This document shows, piece after piece, positions 59,678 through 61,037 of a stretch of DNA of 61,037 nucleotides. The stretch comes from an uncultured Halanaerobiales bacterium. Lineage in GTDB: Bacteria > Bacillota > Halanaerobiia > Halanaerobiales > M55B127. The stretch covers positions 1 to 61,037 of the forward strand of contig CAZGMM010000003.1 of NCBI GenBank assembly GCA_964526845.1. Reading direction: 5' to 3'. The notes below the pieces were generated by a model. It saw only the letters and a program-made list of their open reading frames with translations. It did not search any database and had not been told where the DNA came from. Position 1 is the first letter of the stretch, and every line of letters begins with the position of its first letter. The position numbers and the translations under genes were made by a program.

Positions 59678-60958
59678 ATGAAGAAAAATATAAAGTTTTT
59701 AATAACATTTCTGATTACTTTTATTTTAATCTTTTCCCTTAACAACATCCCTTTACAAGCCCGCCCTTTGCTTTTTGCACCACAAGAAAAAGTTGAAATA
59801 TACTGTGCCTGGAATGACGATTTCAACTGCCTAGCAAGAGCTAAACTATATGAACTCTTAAAAAATAAGTACCCGAATGTAGAAATTATAAATGCCCATA
59901 TTGCCTGTTATAATAAAAATGATATTAATAATCTTTTGATAAAACGTATATTAGAGGTAAATCCACCCGATATCTTTCAGGTTCACTGTGGACCTGAACT
60001 GATTAATAACCTTGTTAAAACAGGTTCTGTTTCTTCAATAACAAATTTATTAAATGATATGGATATAATGAAAAAAATCAATCCGCAAATATTAAAAATG
60101 TACAGTTATGAGGGAGAAGTTTATGCCTTACCCCTCACTATACATAGGGGAAATGTCGTATTTTACAATAAAAATTTATTAAAACAACATAATATTTCCC
60201 CTCCTCAAAACATATACTCCCTTTTAGTTTCCATGCACAAACTAAGAGAAAAGGGTATTACACCCTTGGCAGTGGGTAATCATAATAGCAATAACCTTCT
60301 CCATATTTTTGAAAATATCTTGTTAGAAACCGTTGGAATTTATTCTTATCAAGATTTTTGTTCTGGTAATATTACTCTAGATGGTCTATCGATTATGACG
60401 ACCCTTCAATTATTTAAAAAAACCACTTCTTACATGAATGATAATTATAATGAAATAAATTGGCAAAAAGCAGTTGAAATGGTTAGTAGTGGTGAAGCTG
60501 CTTATACATTTATGGGAGACTGGGCTTTAACATATTTTAAAAAACTGGGGGCCGTACCTGGTAAGGATATCGGTTGGATATTTACCGGTTCTCCCACTCA
60601 TTTTATGGTTGTTAGTGAAGGTTTTAGTCTACCTAGAGAAACTAATAATTTAGAAATGGCTGAACAATGGCTAAAAACAATTGCAACAAAAGAGGTACAA
60701 GAAAACATATGTAAAATCAAGGGATCAATTTCTACTAGGATGGATGTATTAGCCGTTATAAATGATCCATATCTAAATGACCCGGGTAATGATTTAGTAA
60801 ATAATATGCATCTATACTTTCCTTCTATGGCTTATGGATCAGCTGCCTCTGATGATCTTGTTTACTTATTAAATCAAATACTGGCAAATTATATAGTTGA
60901 CGGGAAAACAAGAAAGGCTCAAAGCGAGATGATTACAGTATTTAATGACAATTTATAA
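59678..60958 (+). CDS. Divergent sugar-binding (family-1 SBP) protein of the glucose-binding type
   Basis: PPDIFQVH, LTIHRGNVVFYN, FMGDWA scaffold motifs; SD GAGAGGGGG; no lipobox. Confidence 0.8.
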   Translation: MKKNIKFLITFLITFILIFSLNNIPLQARPLLFAPQEKVEIYCAWNDDFNCLARAKLYELLKNKYPNVEIINAHIACYNKNDINNLLIKRILEVNPPDIFQVHCGPELINNLVKTGSVSSITNLLNDMDIMKKINPQILKMYSYEGEVYALPLTIHRGNVVFYNKNLLKQHNISPPQNIYSLLVSMHKLREKGITPLAVGNHNSNNLLHIFENILLETVGIYSYQDFCSGNITLDGLSIMTTLQLFKKTTSYMNDNYNEINWQKAVEMVSSGEAAYTFMGDWALTYFKKLGAVPGKDIGWIFTGSPTHFMVVSEGFSLPRETNNLEMAEQWLKTIATKEVQENICKIKGSISTRMDVLAVINDPYLNDPGNDLVNNMHLYFPSMAYGSAASDDLVYLLNQILANYIVDGKTRKAQSEMITVFNDNL

Positions 60959-61037
60959 GATACTTTGAATATTTTTATAAATTATTATTATATTTATTGT
61001 GTAAATTACATTAATGTAGTATAATAGAGGTAGAATT

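Noticed and set aside
1-61037. CRISPR arrays, IS elements, integrases, tRNA/rRNA genes, parS sites
   Set aside because: None recognised; intergenic gaps are short and mostly explained by promoters, terminators, riboswitches or small ORFs.

Overview
AT-rich Firmicute chromosome segment, almost all on the minus strand. It most resembles Halanaerobiales: the GH1 closely matches my recollection of Halothermothrix BglA, and the exported proteins have non-lipoprotein signal peptides as expected for a diderm envelope. It is mainly core genome. It holds cell-envelope hydrolases, an FMN-riboswitch ECF S component, a lysine-riboswitch NhaC-family transporter, an NSS transporter with an unannotated MetS-type subunit, nucleoside salvage genes (deoB-punA-pdp plus a PncB-like gene), the smc-ftsY-ylxM-ffh-rpsP-khpA-rimM-trmD-rplS-rbgA-rnhB string joined to scpA-scpB-rluB-spoVS, and a galactose/beta-galactoside locus (ROK-galE-galT-galK-GH1; LacI-ABC-GH2). 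I saw no mobile element, CRISPR array, tRNA or rRNA. The two strongest unannotated signals are (1) a 36-codon ORF between galE and galT that looks like the split-off N-terminus of long-form GalT, with its stop directly in frame with the galT ATG, and (2) an extra switch helix around the lysine riboswitch that can alternately pair with the aptamer P1 strand or a Shine-Dalgarno element in front of a uORF running through the terminator. All family calls come from motif recognition and recall; no database search was run.
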